From contig JBHGNT010000018.1 of the NCBI GenBank assembly GCA_043228905.1, forward strand, positions 7,440,001-7,504,000: 64,000 nucleotides of DNA, given 5' to 3'. This document shows positions 11,700-24,000 of the stretch, one piece after another; positions within the stretch are counted from its first letter, which is position 1; each line of letters begins with the position of its first letter. This DNA comes from Azolla caroliniana (lineage: Eukaryota; Plantae; Polypodiophyta). The notes beneath the pieces are model-generated. The model ran no database searches. It had not been told where the DNA came from and saw nothing but the letters and a program-made list of their open reading frames with translations. The translations under genes and the position numbers were made by a program.

Positions 11700-14600
11700 T
11701 CACTTTGGCATGGGATGTCTCGCAAGCTTAATCCGCTTTTGGCATGTGTACAGCTTGTCGGGTGTCAACACCTTAGTCAACATATCCGACCCGTTCTCCT
11801 CCGTGTGGATCTTCGTCAACACAAAATCTTGATCTTCTACTCTTTCCCAGATCCAGTGGTACCTCCACTAGATATGTTTCGTCCAGGAATGGTAGGCCTC
11901 ATTCTTTGCAAGGTGGATGAGACTTTGACTATCGCAGTAGAGCCAGTATTCCTCCTGTTGGATTCCTAGCTCTTCGATGAAGTCCTTCATCCAGATTATC
12001 TTCTTGCCGGCTTCTACAGCTGCCATGTACTCTGGCTCTGTGGTTGACAACGCAACCATCTTTTGCAGCCTCGACTGCCATGAAACAGCTCCCCCTGCAT
12101 AAGTCATGACATATCCAAATGTCGACCGGTTGGTATCCGCATCAGCCGACATATCCGAATCTATGAATCCGTCAAGTTGGGGATTACCGGAGCTGAACCA
12201 AAGGCACATACTTGAGGTGCCTTTCAGATACCGGAGTATCCACTTGACCGTGTTCCAGTGCTCTCTTCCGGGATTGCTCATGAACCGGCTTACCACTCCG
12301 ATCGCATATCCGATGTCCGGTCGGGTATATACCATCGAATACATCAAGCTTCCGACGGCAGAGGCATATGGAATCTTCATCATATCCGTCTTCTCCGCCT
12401 TTGTCCTCGGGCTTTGTTTTCCGGACAACTTGCAGTTTTCCAGAAGTGTCGATCCGACCAATTTCACATTCAACATGTTGAACCGTTGAAGCACCTTTGT
12501 CACGTACTTCTCCTGTGACAACCACAACAGCTTCTTCGACCGGTCCCGGATGATGTGCATTCCCAATATCTGTCTTGCAGGCCCCAAGTCTTTCATTGAG
12601 AAGGTCTAGTTCAGAACCTTCCTCAGCATCTGAATCATGCCTTGGTCTCGTCCAACAATCAACATATCATCCACATATAGGAGGAGTATCAAGAAATTTC
12701 CTCCATCAAATTTCTTCACAAATACGCAGTGATCGGCCTACGTCTTATGGTACCCTTGGTCAGTCATGAAGGAGTCGAACTTCCGGTACCATTGTCAGGG
12801 AGCTTGCTTCAGTCCATATAATCTCTTCTTCATGCGGAACACCAAGTGCTCCTTCCCTTTCTTCTCAAATCCTTCCGGTTGATGCATGTAGATCTCCTCT
12901 TCGAGGTCACCATGGAGGAATGTCGTCTTCACGTCCAGTTTCTCTACCTCGAGGTCCATGCTTGACGTTATGCCCAATACCGTCCAGATGGATGTCATCT
13001 TTACTACCGGGGCAAGATCTCATCGAAGTCCACTCCTCTCCTCTGCTGGAAGCCCTTCACCACGATTCAGGCCTTATACCTTGGTGGATTTCTGACATCT
13101 CTCGGTTTCATCTTGTACACCCACTTGTTTTGGAGTGCTCTCTTCCCTTTCGGCAACTCCGTCAATTCATATGTGTGGTTCTCATGCAGGGAATCCATCT
13201 CGTCCTGCATGGCACTCAACCACTTGCGGTTGTGGGTGTTTCTCTTTGTTTCTTTGAAGCTTTCTGGCTCACCCTCATCGGTTAGCAACACGTGCTCTGC
13301 ATCCGGAAATCTCCACGGGGCTCTTCTCTCTCTAAGAGGATATCTTCGTCCTTGGTTTCTGACTACCACTTCCTCTGTTTCTTCCTCATCCAAATCCGAT
13401 TCAAGATCTTGTCCGGTTCCGGTGTCTTCTTCTTCTTCTTCTTCTTCTTCGGTCGGTTTGGTTTCTTGTCCGTATCCGGCCGATTCGTCGAGTGTCATCC
13501 GGTTACCGGCTAACATCCGGTTTTCAACCAGGTAGGTCTTTGTGTCCTTAGGCCGGTTTTCATTGGATGATCCGTAGTTGATCATCTTCTTCTCCGACTC
13601 CCAGTCGGCAATGGTCCTGTCTTCCATGAAGACTATGTCCCGACTCCGGAACACCTTCTTGTCGACCAGATCCCACACCCGGTAACCGAACTCATCATCG
13701 CCGTATCCAAGGAATATGCATGGCCGAGACTTCGAATCCAGCTTTGCTCTCTTGTCCTTCGCCACATGCACGTAGGTGAGACATCCGAACACCTTTAGAT
13801 GCCGGTAGGATACATCTTTACCGGTCCATACTTTCTACGATAAGTCTCCTTCCAAGGGTGTTGAGGGTGATCTGTTTATCACATAGGTCGTCGTCGTCAA
13901 CGCCTCAACCCAGAACGTCTTGGGTAACTTGGCATGTGCTAGCATGCTTCGGACTCTCTCCATTATGGTCCGATTCATCCGTTCAGCCAACTTGTTTAGT
14001 TCCGGCATCTTCGGCATGGTAAATTAGAGCCGGATTCCCTTCAACCGGTAGTACTCCTCGAATTGTCCCCGGTATTCTCCTCTGTTATCTGCTCGAACCG
14101 CCTTCAGCTTCCGGTCGGTTTGTCTTTTCACTCTCACGTGGAGCTCCTTGAAGACGGATAGCACATGATCCTTCGTCTTCAACGGTGAGACCCACAACTT
14201 CTGGATGTGGTCGTCTATGAACGTCACGAAGTACTACGAGCCGGCATGTGACTTCGTGTCCACTTGACACACATCGGTATGCACCAGCTCCAATGGTGCA
14301 TTCTGTCTCATTGGTGGTCTTGACCGGAAGGAGGTTCGGTTTTGCTTGCCGGCCAAGCAATCGATGCACTTCTCAAGATGCACGTCCTTCACCGTAGTGA
14401 GATTGTCATCGGCAAGTCTCTTCATCCCCTTCTCACTCATGTGACACAACCTCTTGTGCCACAGCTCACCGGTAGTGTCAGATGCTACGTTCACTTCTTC
14501 CAAGCATATCCGGGCATGCATAAGATATAGTGTGTTGACCTTCCAGGCTCGAGCCACTATTAGGCTCCCTTTGCAAAACTTCATGACTCTGTTCCAGATG

Positions 14601-15772
14601 CTACCCGTGTAGCCTTCATCATCTAGCCGACCGACTGATATCAAGTTCAGTCGAACCTCTGGAACGTGTCGGACATCCTTCAGCAACAACTTGCATCAGG
14701 TTGGTTTCTTCAACAACACATCTCCTATGCCGACAATTAGGCATGTACCTTCATTCCCCATCCGAACACAACCATGATCTCTGGTTGTGTAGGATGAGAA
14801 GCATTTCCGATCCGGCGTCAAGTGGAATGACGCTCTGAAGTCGACAACCCCCGTTGTCTCGTCGCCGACAATGTTTAACTCATTCTCCTCGGTAATGAGC
14901 ATCAGTTCCTCTTCACTTGCCGCGATTGTCGACGTTCCTTTCCGATCTGGGCCTCTCTGGTCCGAACTGTTTCGGTCCGAACTCTTCTTTGAATCGGTAG
15001 TGCCGGTTTCTTTCTCTTTCCAGAAGTGCCGACAATTCTTCTTGAAGTGTCCCGGCTTCCTACAATAGAAGCTCGTGGGCCTCCCCCTTGACTTCGACCT
15101 CGTCCCCAACTTGTCCCAGTTTTGGGGACTCCTATATCGGCCTCTTCCCCGGTTGTGGTCATCTTCCGTGACGAAGGCCTTCGGATCGGTTCCGGGCTCC
15201 CGGTTCTTCCGGTGAGCTTCTTCATCTAGCAAGCTTGATTTTACCCTTGCTAGGGACAACTGTTTTCCTTCCAGCCTGGCGTTGCCCAACGTGACAACTA
15301 ACGTCTCCTAGCTATCTAGGAGGGAACTGAGCAGGAAGAATGTGAGTACCTCATCGGCAAGAGGTACTTCCAACGAGGTTGCTTTGTGTATCAGCCCCTG
15401 GAAGGCATTCATGTGCTCCACCATACTGGAACCATCCTGGTACTGGAACCTCACTAGCTTCTGGAATACCGAAACCCAATTAACAACATTCATGTTCTAG
15501 AACATGATGTCGATCTTCTCCCAGAGTTCATGAGCCTTACTTTCTTCATTGAAGTTGTTTTACAGGCTCATGTCGATGAAGCACCGGATGTATGTCGTCG
15601 TCTTCATGTGCATCACCTCCCATGTCGCGACATCGATCTTATCCGGTCTCTTGTCCCTGAACTGAATCGGCAACTAAAGATCTTTAACCACTAGCATGTC
15701 CCTCATCTTCGACTTCCACACTGAGTAGTTGGAGCCGGTGAGCTTGAACATGCCGTTGAACGACTCTTCCAT
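11700..15772 (-). pseudogene. Gag-Pol of copia D (multiple stops/frameshifts)
   Basis: MEESFNGMFKLTGSNYSVWKSKM.., knuckle-like FYCRKPGHFKKNC, ELVHTDVC, LYGLKQAP, MKDLGPARQILG, DGFIDSD. Confidence 0.9.
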
Positions 15773-15792
15773 TTCCTGTCTTATTTGCTCTA

Positions 15793-16212
15793 TGTTATGT
15801 ACACATAACGTTGGTGAGGGTAGGTCATGATTGGATAGAAGGAATGATAAGTGCATGCACTATCATGATTTGGACAACCAATGAATGGAGAACCTTTTAG
15901 AAAGGCACATCTATTCAAGAGGCCTAGGAAAAGGTATAAATATGAGGCTTAGTTACCCTCATAATCACATTACGTCGGAAGGTTGTTGTCTTAGACACCG
16001 GTGGTGCAGGCTAGGCTTTCGTCTCGATGATCGTGTTTATCTCTTCCAAGGTATTAGTCATCCTAATATCTGGCAGTATGGGACGTCGGTGGTAGGTTGC
16101 CTATGTCCAGATCATAGCTCGGGGGGGGTCGGGTGGAACAGGTTCTTCTATCCATTCTATTTTCCTTCTTTTACTTTAGTTTGGTCTATTGATTAGTAAT
16201 AGACTCTTAACA
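15793..16212 (+). mobile_element. Solo LTR (420 bp) inserted inside the PBS of D
   Basis: TGTTA..TAACA ends, flanks ctcta/ctctg (4/5 TSD), TATAAATA near 15935. Removing it restores TGGTATCAGAGC directly upstream of the gag ATG. Confidence 0.8.
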
Positions 16213-16485
16213 CTCTGATACCAGTTTGTGAAGAATAGCGCGGAATATCGCTCGGCCACAACCGAGTCTTGAATCACAGAAATGGGAATGAACAAGAGCG
16301 TACACAAAAATGACACAGGATGTTTACGTGGAAAACCCTAATAGGGAAAAACCACAGGAGCCCACGGATTCCAACTATCACTATATCAGAGGAAATACAA
16401 AGTGGAGACACAAAGGCAACAACCTCATGCTCGCGATCTTCGCCAGCCGACGGTTACAACAGAGAGTGCTCGTAACTACTCTCTC

Positions 16486-16526
<41 letters not shown>

Positions 16527-17651
16527 GTCTCTCTCTCTCGCTCTCTTTACAATAATTACAATAATATGACAACAACAAATGCAACAACACAAGTGATTGC
16601 CCTAAGTCATATTTATACTTATATGAACTTAGGGCTATTTACAAATATAGCCTCAATAGGCTTACTCAGAAAACATTTTTACAGATATTGTTGAGAGACA
16701 AGCTCAACATCGGCCGATCGGCTGAAGAAGCCGAGGACCGGATCGGTTGGGACCGATCGGTTAGGCCGAGTGCATACACCGGGAGGTCGTTAGGAAAGAT
16801 ATTCCGTAAGGAATATATTTGGGAGTTAGTGTAGGAGCTCTTAATGAGCATTGAAGTACTGTCAGTACTTCGGTCAGTCCTTCCGGGACTTGTATAAAAG
16901 TGTTTACTGAGCACGTCTTATGTACACAGACTGAGTATTATTGTTGAATATAGTTGTTTTGTGTCTACTCTCTCTGTCTCTCCCGCGTATACCGTGTAAG
17001 TCCAAGCTCTCCATTGAACCTGTGTTTCCTTCCTCTGTTCTGTCTTCATCCCTGCTTCCACACGCTACTTTCTACATGGTATCAGAGCGCGAGGGTTGAG
17101 AACCTCTCTGCAGCCGACACAACTTTGTTATAGGTTTTAGGGTTAGGGTTAATGGTAATGATGATTATCGATGACGAAGATAGAAATGGTGGAATAGTGA
17201 AGATGGTGGAGAGTATGATGGTGAGAGAGATTGAGATGAAGATGTTGACAAGTGATTGAGAAGCATTACGGGGTGGGGGGTGGTGCCTAGAATGGCTCCA
17301 CCCCCCTCCCAAGGGGGTTCAACGTTAAGGGGAGATAGAAGAGAGAGATGACAAGAGAGAGATTGAGAGAGAGAGAAATGGTTATTCATCATTCATTCCC
17401 CATAAGGGGGTTAAATAGTACAAGAGGGGGTAGATACAAAGGGGTGTAAGCCCCCTAGAGCATTCATACTGGACACTCACTCATACCTCCTCGTATCCAT
17501 CCACATGCACACACGTGTGCATGTGTTCACATACGTATCGACTCACGATTACATTTATGCCCCCTACAAACACACAACAATCATCATGATAACATTTGAC
17601 CCTCGCTCATCACATTGACTCTCCGTACATCTCGTACGGGGTAACACAATA

Positions 17652-17667
17652 TGGCACGCCCGTGGGA
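17652..17667 (+). promoter_or_regulatory. PBS-like site complementary to tRNA-Arg(UCU) 3' end
   Basis: TGGCACGCCCGTGGGA, 5 nt inside the left LTR boundary. Compare the Tat-type PBS TGGCACGCCC(A/G)GTGGGAC (1-nt gap). Confidence 0.7.
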
Positions 17668-19656
17668 AAGTGCCTTGCACGTCGATCCCACATGCCTTGA
17701 TGATGATATTTCTTCGACCGGAACTTCCATCGGTCCTTTCAACGATCGACTCCCTCGATCGGAATGCTTGACTCGAACATCTTTGTCGGTCAGCAAATCG
17801 TCCGCGACACAAACATTCTCGTTTTGTCGGCTTACGAACTTCGTCATGGGTCCAAAATCATGTCGTATGTATGTGTGTTCTTCCTTTGTTTTGAGTGTGT
17901 GTGAGTAGTCTTGGGGATTTTCAAAATTCTAGTGGTGCCCTCTTATTTTTTAAAATTTTGATATGTACCCTTGAGGTTTCACAATTTCATTCAGCACCCT
18001 CAAGGTTTCAATATTTGTTACATGCCCCCCCCTTTTTTTTCTTCTTTTTCCCTCTGTTTTCAATTTTATTCTAGGTTTTTCTCTTTATTTCTTCTTCTTG
18101 CTCTTGTATCTCTGTCTCTCTCGTGCTCACGTCTGTCTCTGTATGCCTTTCTCTTCTTCGATTTTCTTCTTTCTCTTCTTTTTCTCTCTTTCTTCTTCTT
18201 TTTTTGTCTTTCTTCTCCGTCTCTCCATGTCTTGCATGACTTCTTCCATTTTTCCTCTCTTTCTTTCTCTTCTTCTCTGTTTGTGCTGCTCCATCCTTTC
18301 TTCTCCTTCATTCTTTTTTCTTCCTTTTGCACTATTTCTCCTCGTTCTATGCCTGTTTTTGCTTCCTCTCCTTCTAAAGCTCCATAGTATCCATCCCTCG
18401 GCGCCAGTCGCCGTCTATCTCTGCCTCTGCAACTGTCTCTGTGCGGCCACTGTCCGGCGTCATCGTCTTTATTAGCCCTATCCGGCCTATCTCTATTCCG
18501 GTCGTCGATCCGGCCGCTGTTCACCCTTCTATTCGTCCAATGTCTCTGTCCAGCCCTTTCGGTTGCCTCTCCGTCACTTTGGCCATCTCCTAGCTGTTGT
18601 TGTCCGTTGTCCGGCCGTTTGTCCGGCCGTTGTTTGGTCGTTATCGTCAGGCATCTTCGTCGTCCTGCCGGCTCTGTCTAACTCCCGCCACCATTTCCGT
18701 TTTCTTCTCCGTCTCCAGCCACCAGTTTCGCCGTCTCTGTCTAGCACTGTCATTCATCTTCCGGTTCATTTGTTTATCTGGTCCGGTCTGTTTTAGTCCA
18801 TCCGGCCGTTCTTACTGGTTGTTTCTGGTTATGCGCCCGACCGCTGCTGCTCTGGCCGACGATCCGTCGTCATCCATCATTCCGGTCGTTTCCGACTCTG
18901 TTGTCCTTCCACTCCGGCCGTCGTCAATTTCTGTTGCCTCTTCTGGCCTTCCATCTTTGTCACGGTTTCGGCCTTCCTCCAGTTGTCGGTGTCTTGCGTC
19001 GTCGCCATCTGGATGTCGTCATTGTCTTCCCGTTCGCGTCTGCATCTCTATCTCCGTGTCCGGCCATCATTGTTCGGCCGCCTATCCATCTTTGTTACGC
19101 TTCTGCCGTTGTTCGGGCGCCTCCGTTCCTACGCCGTTCGGCCACTCCAACTGCTCTTCGGTTGCTCTTCGGCCCGTTCAAGTCCGATCAGGCTGGTTTT
19201 CCGGTAGTCAGTTCGGCTGTTATCCGGCTACTCCCATCTCTGGCCATTCCAGTCGGCTCCCGCTCCGGTCGCTATTGCTTTTCTCAAGCTTTCCATTGGT
19301 TGGTCTCTGTTTGGCCGACTCCATCTTCGTCCAGTGTCTCTCCGATCTTATTTCGGCGTCATCATTGTTCCTGTCGTCGGTTGTCGAGCCGTCGCCATCG
19401 CTCCACCACACTTTCCTGCACACACACATTGTCGTTAACCACACACTTGAACATACGTTTGTTGCGTATCCTTTTGCGACGTCCTCTCGCACAACATCAC
19501 TGTGTTGCAATGTGTTGCATTGCTCGACCTCGACGGCTTCTAATCAACATCACCATTTCTCGCACATCATCCATTTGATTTCTCGCACATTTCATCGTTG
19601 CCATGTCTTTGCCGCATCCTAGTCTTCGACTTCGTCTCCAAAGGGGGGTCGCCTTA

Positions 19657-19666
19657 GTGGTCGCCA
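19657..19666 (-). promoter_or_regulatory. PBS-like site complementary to tRNA-Arg(UCG) 3' end
   Basis: Minus strand TGGCGACCAC, 5 nt inside the right LTR boundary. 10-nt match to recalled plant tRNA-Arg(UCG) ..GTGGTCGCCA. Confidence 0.6.
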
Positions 19667-20476
19667 AAAGGTGTTATAGGTTTTAGGGTTAGGGTTAATG
19701 GTAATGATGATTATCGATGACGAAGATAGAAATGGTGGAATAGTGAAGATGGTGGAGAGTATGATGGTGAGAGAGATTGAGATGAAGATGTTGACAAGTG
19801 ATTGAGAAGCATTACGGGGTGGGGGGTGGTGCCTAGAATGGCTCCACCCCCCTCCCAAGGGGGTTCAACGTTAAGGGGAGATAGAAGAGAGAGATGACAA
19901 GAGAGAGATTGAGAGAGAGAGAAATGGTTATTCATCATTCATTCCCCATAAGGGGGTTAAATAGTACAAGAGGGGGTAGATACAAAGGGGTGTAAGCCCC
20001 CTAGAGCATTCATACTGGACACTCACTCATACCTCCTCGTATACATCCACATGCACACACGTGTGCATGTGTTCACATACGTATTGACTCACGATTACAT
20101 TTATGCCCCCTACAAACACACAACAATCATCATGATAACATTTGACCCTCGCTCATCACATTGACTCTCCGTACATCTCGTACGGAGTAACAAACTTGAC
20201 GAAGAAGAACAACAAGAACGATGGATAGAGGCATGGCGAGCTCGCTTCTAGCAGAGAAGCTCGACAGATCCAACTACGCATCTTGGTCCTACAAGATGCA
20301 CCAGTACCTGCTCGGGCATGGCTACTGGAGTTATGTCGAAGGAGCTAATGACGCGGCACCCGAATCGACACACAGAGACTTCCCGTCGTGGGAGCAATCG
20401 GCGAGCAGGGTGTGTTGGGATTTCGGTCCCTCCGGATGGGATGTCCGGAGATGAATGACGGCAAGCCCGGTTGCGG

Positions 20477-20580
20477 TTACGGAGCCGGATGATGAAGACC
20501 CCGGTTACGGAGCCGGATGATGAAGACCCCGGTTACGGAGCCGGATGATGAAGACCCCGGCTACGGAGCCGGATGACGAA
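20477..20580 (+). repeat. 28-bp tandem repeat x3.7 in U3 of the C LTR (also about 25246-25349)
   Basis: Unit ttacggagccggatgatgaagaccccgg, head-to-tail with no spacers. Confidence 0.95.
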
Positions 20581-21097
20581 TGTACCCGGAGAGAGATCCG
20601 GATGCGGAGACATATTTGTGAATATGTTTGCCAAGAGCCCTTGAGGCTATATTTGTAAATAGCCCGAAAGTCATATGTGTATAAATATGACTTAGGGCAA
20701 ACAGTTTTAGTGTTGCTTCTCATTTTTTTCTGTTTTTCCACTTTAGAGGAGTGAAGAGAGAGCAGCCGTGAGAGAGATAGAGCGCGAGAGACGAAGAGGT
20801 AGACGCCTCTGTGTATTTCCGCCGCCTGTGGCGAGGACAGCGAGCTCAAGGTCGTCGCCTTGCAGCTCGCCATTGTATACTTCTCTGTATAGTGTTGGTT
20901 TGGAGTCTTGTACTCCCGTGGTTTTTCCCGTCTAGGGTTTTCCACGTTAATCCCTGTGTACTCGCGTTTTGTTTCTCCGTGTGGTTCCTATTTTCTGCTC
21001 CATCGATTCGCACTTACTCGGTTGTGGCCGAGTGAAGAAGGTGAATAGAAGGGTCTATTCCTTACAAAGTGGTATCAGAGCGACGGTAACACAGAAA

Positions 21098-24000
21098 ATG
21101 GAAGGCGGCAGCAGCGGGCAGCCGGGGATGATGGTGCTGAATGCGCAGAACTACGCCGACTGGAAGATAAAGATGGAGGATCTGCTCATTGTTCGGGACC
21201 TGTATGAACCGATCGACAGGTCGGAAATACCCAAGGGGGTACTTGAGACGGAGTGGAGGCTTCTAAACCGGAAAGCCGTTGCAACCATTCGGCAATACGT
21301 CGACGTGAGCGTTCTACAACACGTGGCGAACGACACCAACGCATATGAGATGTGGAGGAAGCTGTCGGGCCTCTACGAGAGGAAGAATGCGTTGAACCGG
21401 ACCTCCCTGATGAGAAAGATAGTGAACCTCAAGTACCGGGACGGCGAGAGTATGGTGGAACACGTAAGCACGTTCATGGGATTCGTGAACCAGCTTGCGG
21501 CGATCAAGTTCCCGTTGGAGGATGCAATGCAAGCCATCATCCTGATGTGTACATTGCCGGACAGCTGGGAGAACTTGGTGGTGACTCTCAGCACCTCCTG
21601 CGCCGAAGATAACTTGTCCCTACAAACGGTAAAGACAAGTATTTTGAACGAAGAAGCGCGTCGGAGAGATAAAGAACCGGTCTCCGACTCGAAGGCGCTG
21701 CTTACCGAATCGGAACGGGGAAGACAATGGAACCGGAGTCCGCAAAGACGGGAGAAGTCGGGGACCCGGTCGCAGTCAAGAGGAAGGCCAACATGCTTCC
21801 ACTGTGGGAAGCCGGGGCACTTCCGGAAGAATTGTCGGCATTACCGAAAGGACAACGGAGCCGACGACACCGATTCGAAGAAGTCACCGGAGAGAAACGG
21901 TGCATACCGGGGAGCCACGGACCGGAGAGGTCCGGATCGGCGAGGGCAGGACCGGAAAGGAACGACGGCACTCGCGGCAAGTGAAGAAGAGATAATGCTT
22001 ATTACCGAAGAGAGGGAGCTGAACCTTGCCGGTGAAGAGATGACCTGGGTGGTCGATTCCGGAGCGTCGTTCCACCTGACCCCGGAGAAGAAATACTTCT
22101 CATCCTACACAGCCGGTGAGCACGGCTGTGTCCGGATGGGAAATGAAGGCACATGCCGGATTGCCGGCATAGGAGACGTGTGGCTGTTGACATCAACCGG
22201 ATGCAAGATGCTGTTGAAGGATGTGCGACACGTTCCGGAGGTCCGATTGAACCTGATCTCGGCCGGGAGGCTAGATGATGAAGGCTACACGGGTAGCATC
22301 CGGAACGGTGTCATGAAGTTCAGCAAGGGGAGCCTGATAGTGGCTCGGGCCCGGAAGGTCAACACCCTGTACCTGATGAATTCCCGGCTCTGTCCGGAGG
22401 AGCTGAACGTGGCAGCCGACACTGCCGGTGAGCTGTGGCACAAGAGACTGTGCCACATGAGCGAGAAGGGGATGAAGAGGCTTGCAGAAGACAACCTCAT
22501 TCCAGTGAAGCATGTGCATCTGGAGAAGTGCACCGATTGCCTGGCCGGTAAACAGAATCGAACCTCCTTCCACTCAAGGCCACCGACGAGACGTAGCGCA
22601 CCATTGGAGTTGGTGCACACGGATGTGTGTCAGGTAGAAACGAAGTCACATGGCGGAGCCCAGTACTTCGTGACTTTCATTGATGATCACAGCCGGAAGT
22701 TGTGGACGGCGCCGTTGAAGACAAAGGACCAAGTGTTGTCCGTCTTCAAAGAACTCCACGCGAGAGTGGAAAGGGAATCCGGCAAGAAGCTGAAAGCGAT
22801 ACGAGCGGATAACGGAGGGGAATACCGGGGGCAGTTCCAGGAGTACTGTCGCTCGAAGGGGATCCGGCTCGAGTTTACTGTGCCGAAGACGCCGGAACTG
22901 AACGGGCTGGCCGAGAGGATGAACCGGACCATAATGGAGAGGGTCCGGAGTATGCTGGCGCATGCGAAATTACCCAAGGGATTTTGGGCTGAGGCAATGT
23001 CGACGGCGACGTATGTGATAAATAGATCACCCTCATTACCTTTGGACGGAGACACGCCGCAGAAAGTGTGGACCGGTAAGGAAGTGTCCTACCGGCATCT
23101 GAAGGTGTTCGGGTGTCTCGCATACGTGCATGTGGCAAAGGACCGGAGAGGAAAGTTGGATCCAAAGACCCGGCCATGCATATTCCTCGGTTACGGCGAC
23201 GATGAGTTCGGCTACCGAGTATGGGACCCGGTCGACAAGAAGATATTCAGGAGTCGAGATATCATCTTCATGGAGGACAAGACACTCGCCGACTGGGAGT
23301 CGGAGAAGAAGATGAAGAGCTCCAAGTCGACCGGTGAGGATAAACTCTACGAGGAGCAGTCCCGACCGGCAAGGGACCGGTTAGCACTCGAGGATCCGGC
23401 CGAAGACGGTGAAGAAACAGAACCGGCCGAGGAAGATGAAACTGATACCGGAACCGGCCCCGATCCCGAAATGGATTCGGATGAAGAGGAAACGGAGGAG
23501 CCGGTTACCGAAGCTCCGGAACGGAGATATCCTCTAAGAGAGAGAAGGGCCCCCCGGAGATTTCCGGAACCTGAGCACGTGCTGCTGACCGACGAGGGGG
23601 AGCCGGAGAGTTTTGAAGAAGCAAAGCTTGACACCCATAGCCGCAGGTGGTTAAGTGCCATGCAGGAGGAGATGGATTCCCTGCATGAGAACCACACATA
23701 TGAACTTGTGGAGTTGCCGAAAGGAAAGCGGGCACTTCGAAACAAGTGGGTGTTCAAGCTGAAACCGGGAGATGCCGGAAACCCCCCGAGATACAAAGCC
23801 AGGATCGTGGTGAAGGGGTTCCAGCAGAAGAAGGGCGTCGACTTCGACGAGATATTTGCCCCGGTAGTGAAGATGACCTCCATCCGGACGGTGCTGAGCA
23901 TAGCGGCAAGTATGGACCTCGAGGTAGAACAGATGGACGTGAAGACGGCATTCCTTCACGGTGACCTCGAAGAAGAGATCTACATGCAGCAACCGGAAGG

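Larger units (their letters stand above)
17126..20192. mobile_element. Non-autonomous, non-coding LTR element B (LARD/TRIM-like, 3067 bp) in the 5' leader of A
   Basis: TSD aactt (17121-17125/20193-20197). 521-bp LTRs 17126-17646 and 19672-20192 with about 3 differences. No gag/pol motifs. TATTTAA plus CT tract suggest minus-strand transcription. Confidence 0.93.

Noticed and set aside
18597-19622. 341-aa and 225-aa + strand ORFs inside element B
   Set aside because: The strand is strongly A-poor, so stop codons are rare. The products are low-complexity Ser/Arg/Pro/Leu with no recognisable motif.
20477-20580. 28-bp repeats resembling a CRISPR array
   Set aside because: Head-to-tail with no unique spacers, duplicated in both LTRs, eukaryotic context, no cas genes.
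20969-21097. N-terminal 43 aa of the 1400-aa ORF call
   Set aside because: Starts at a non-ATG codon within U5/PBS. The plausible start is ATG 21098.
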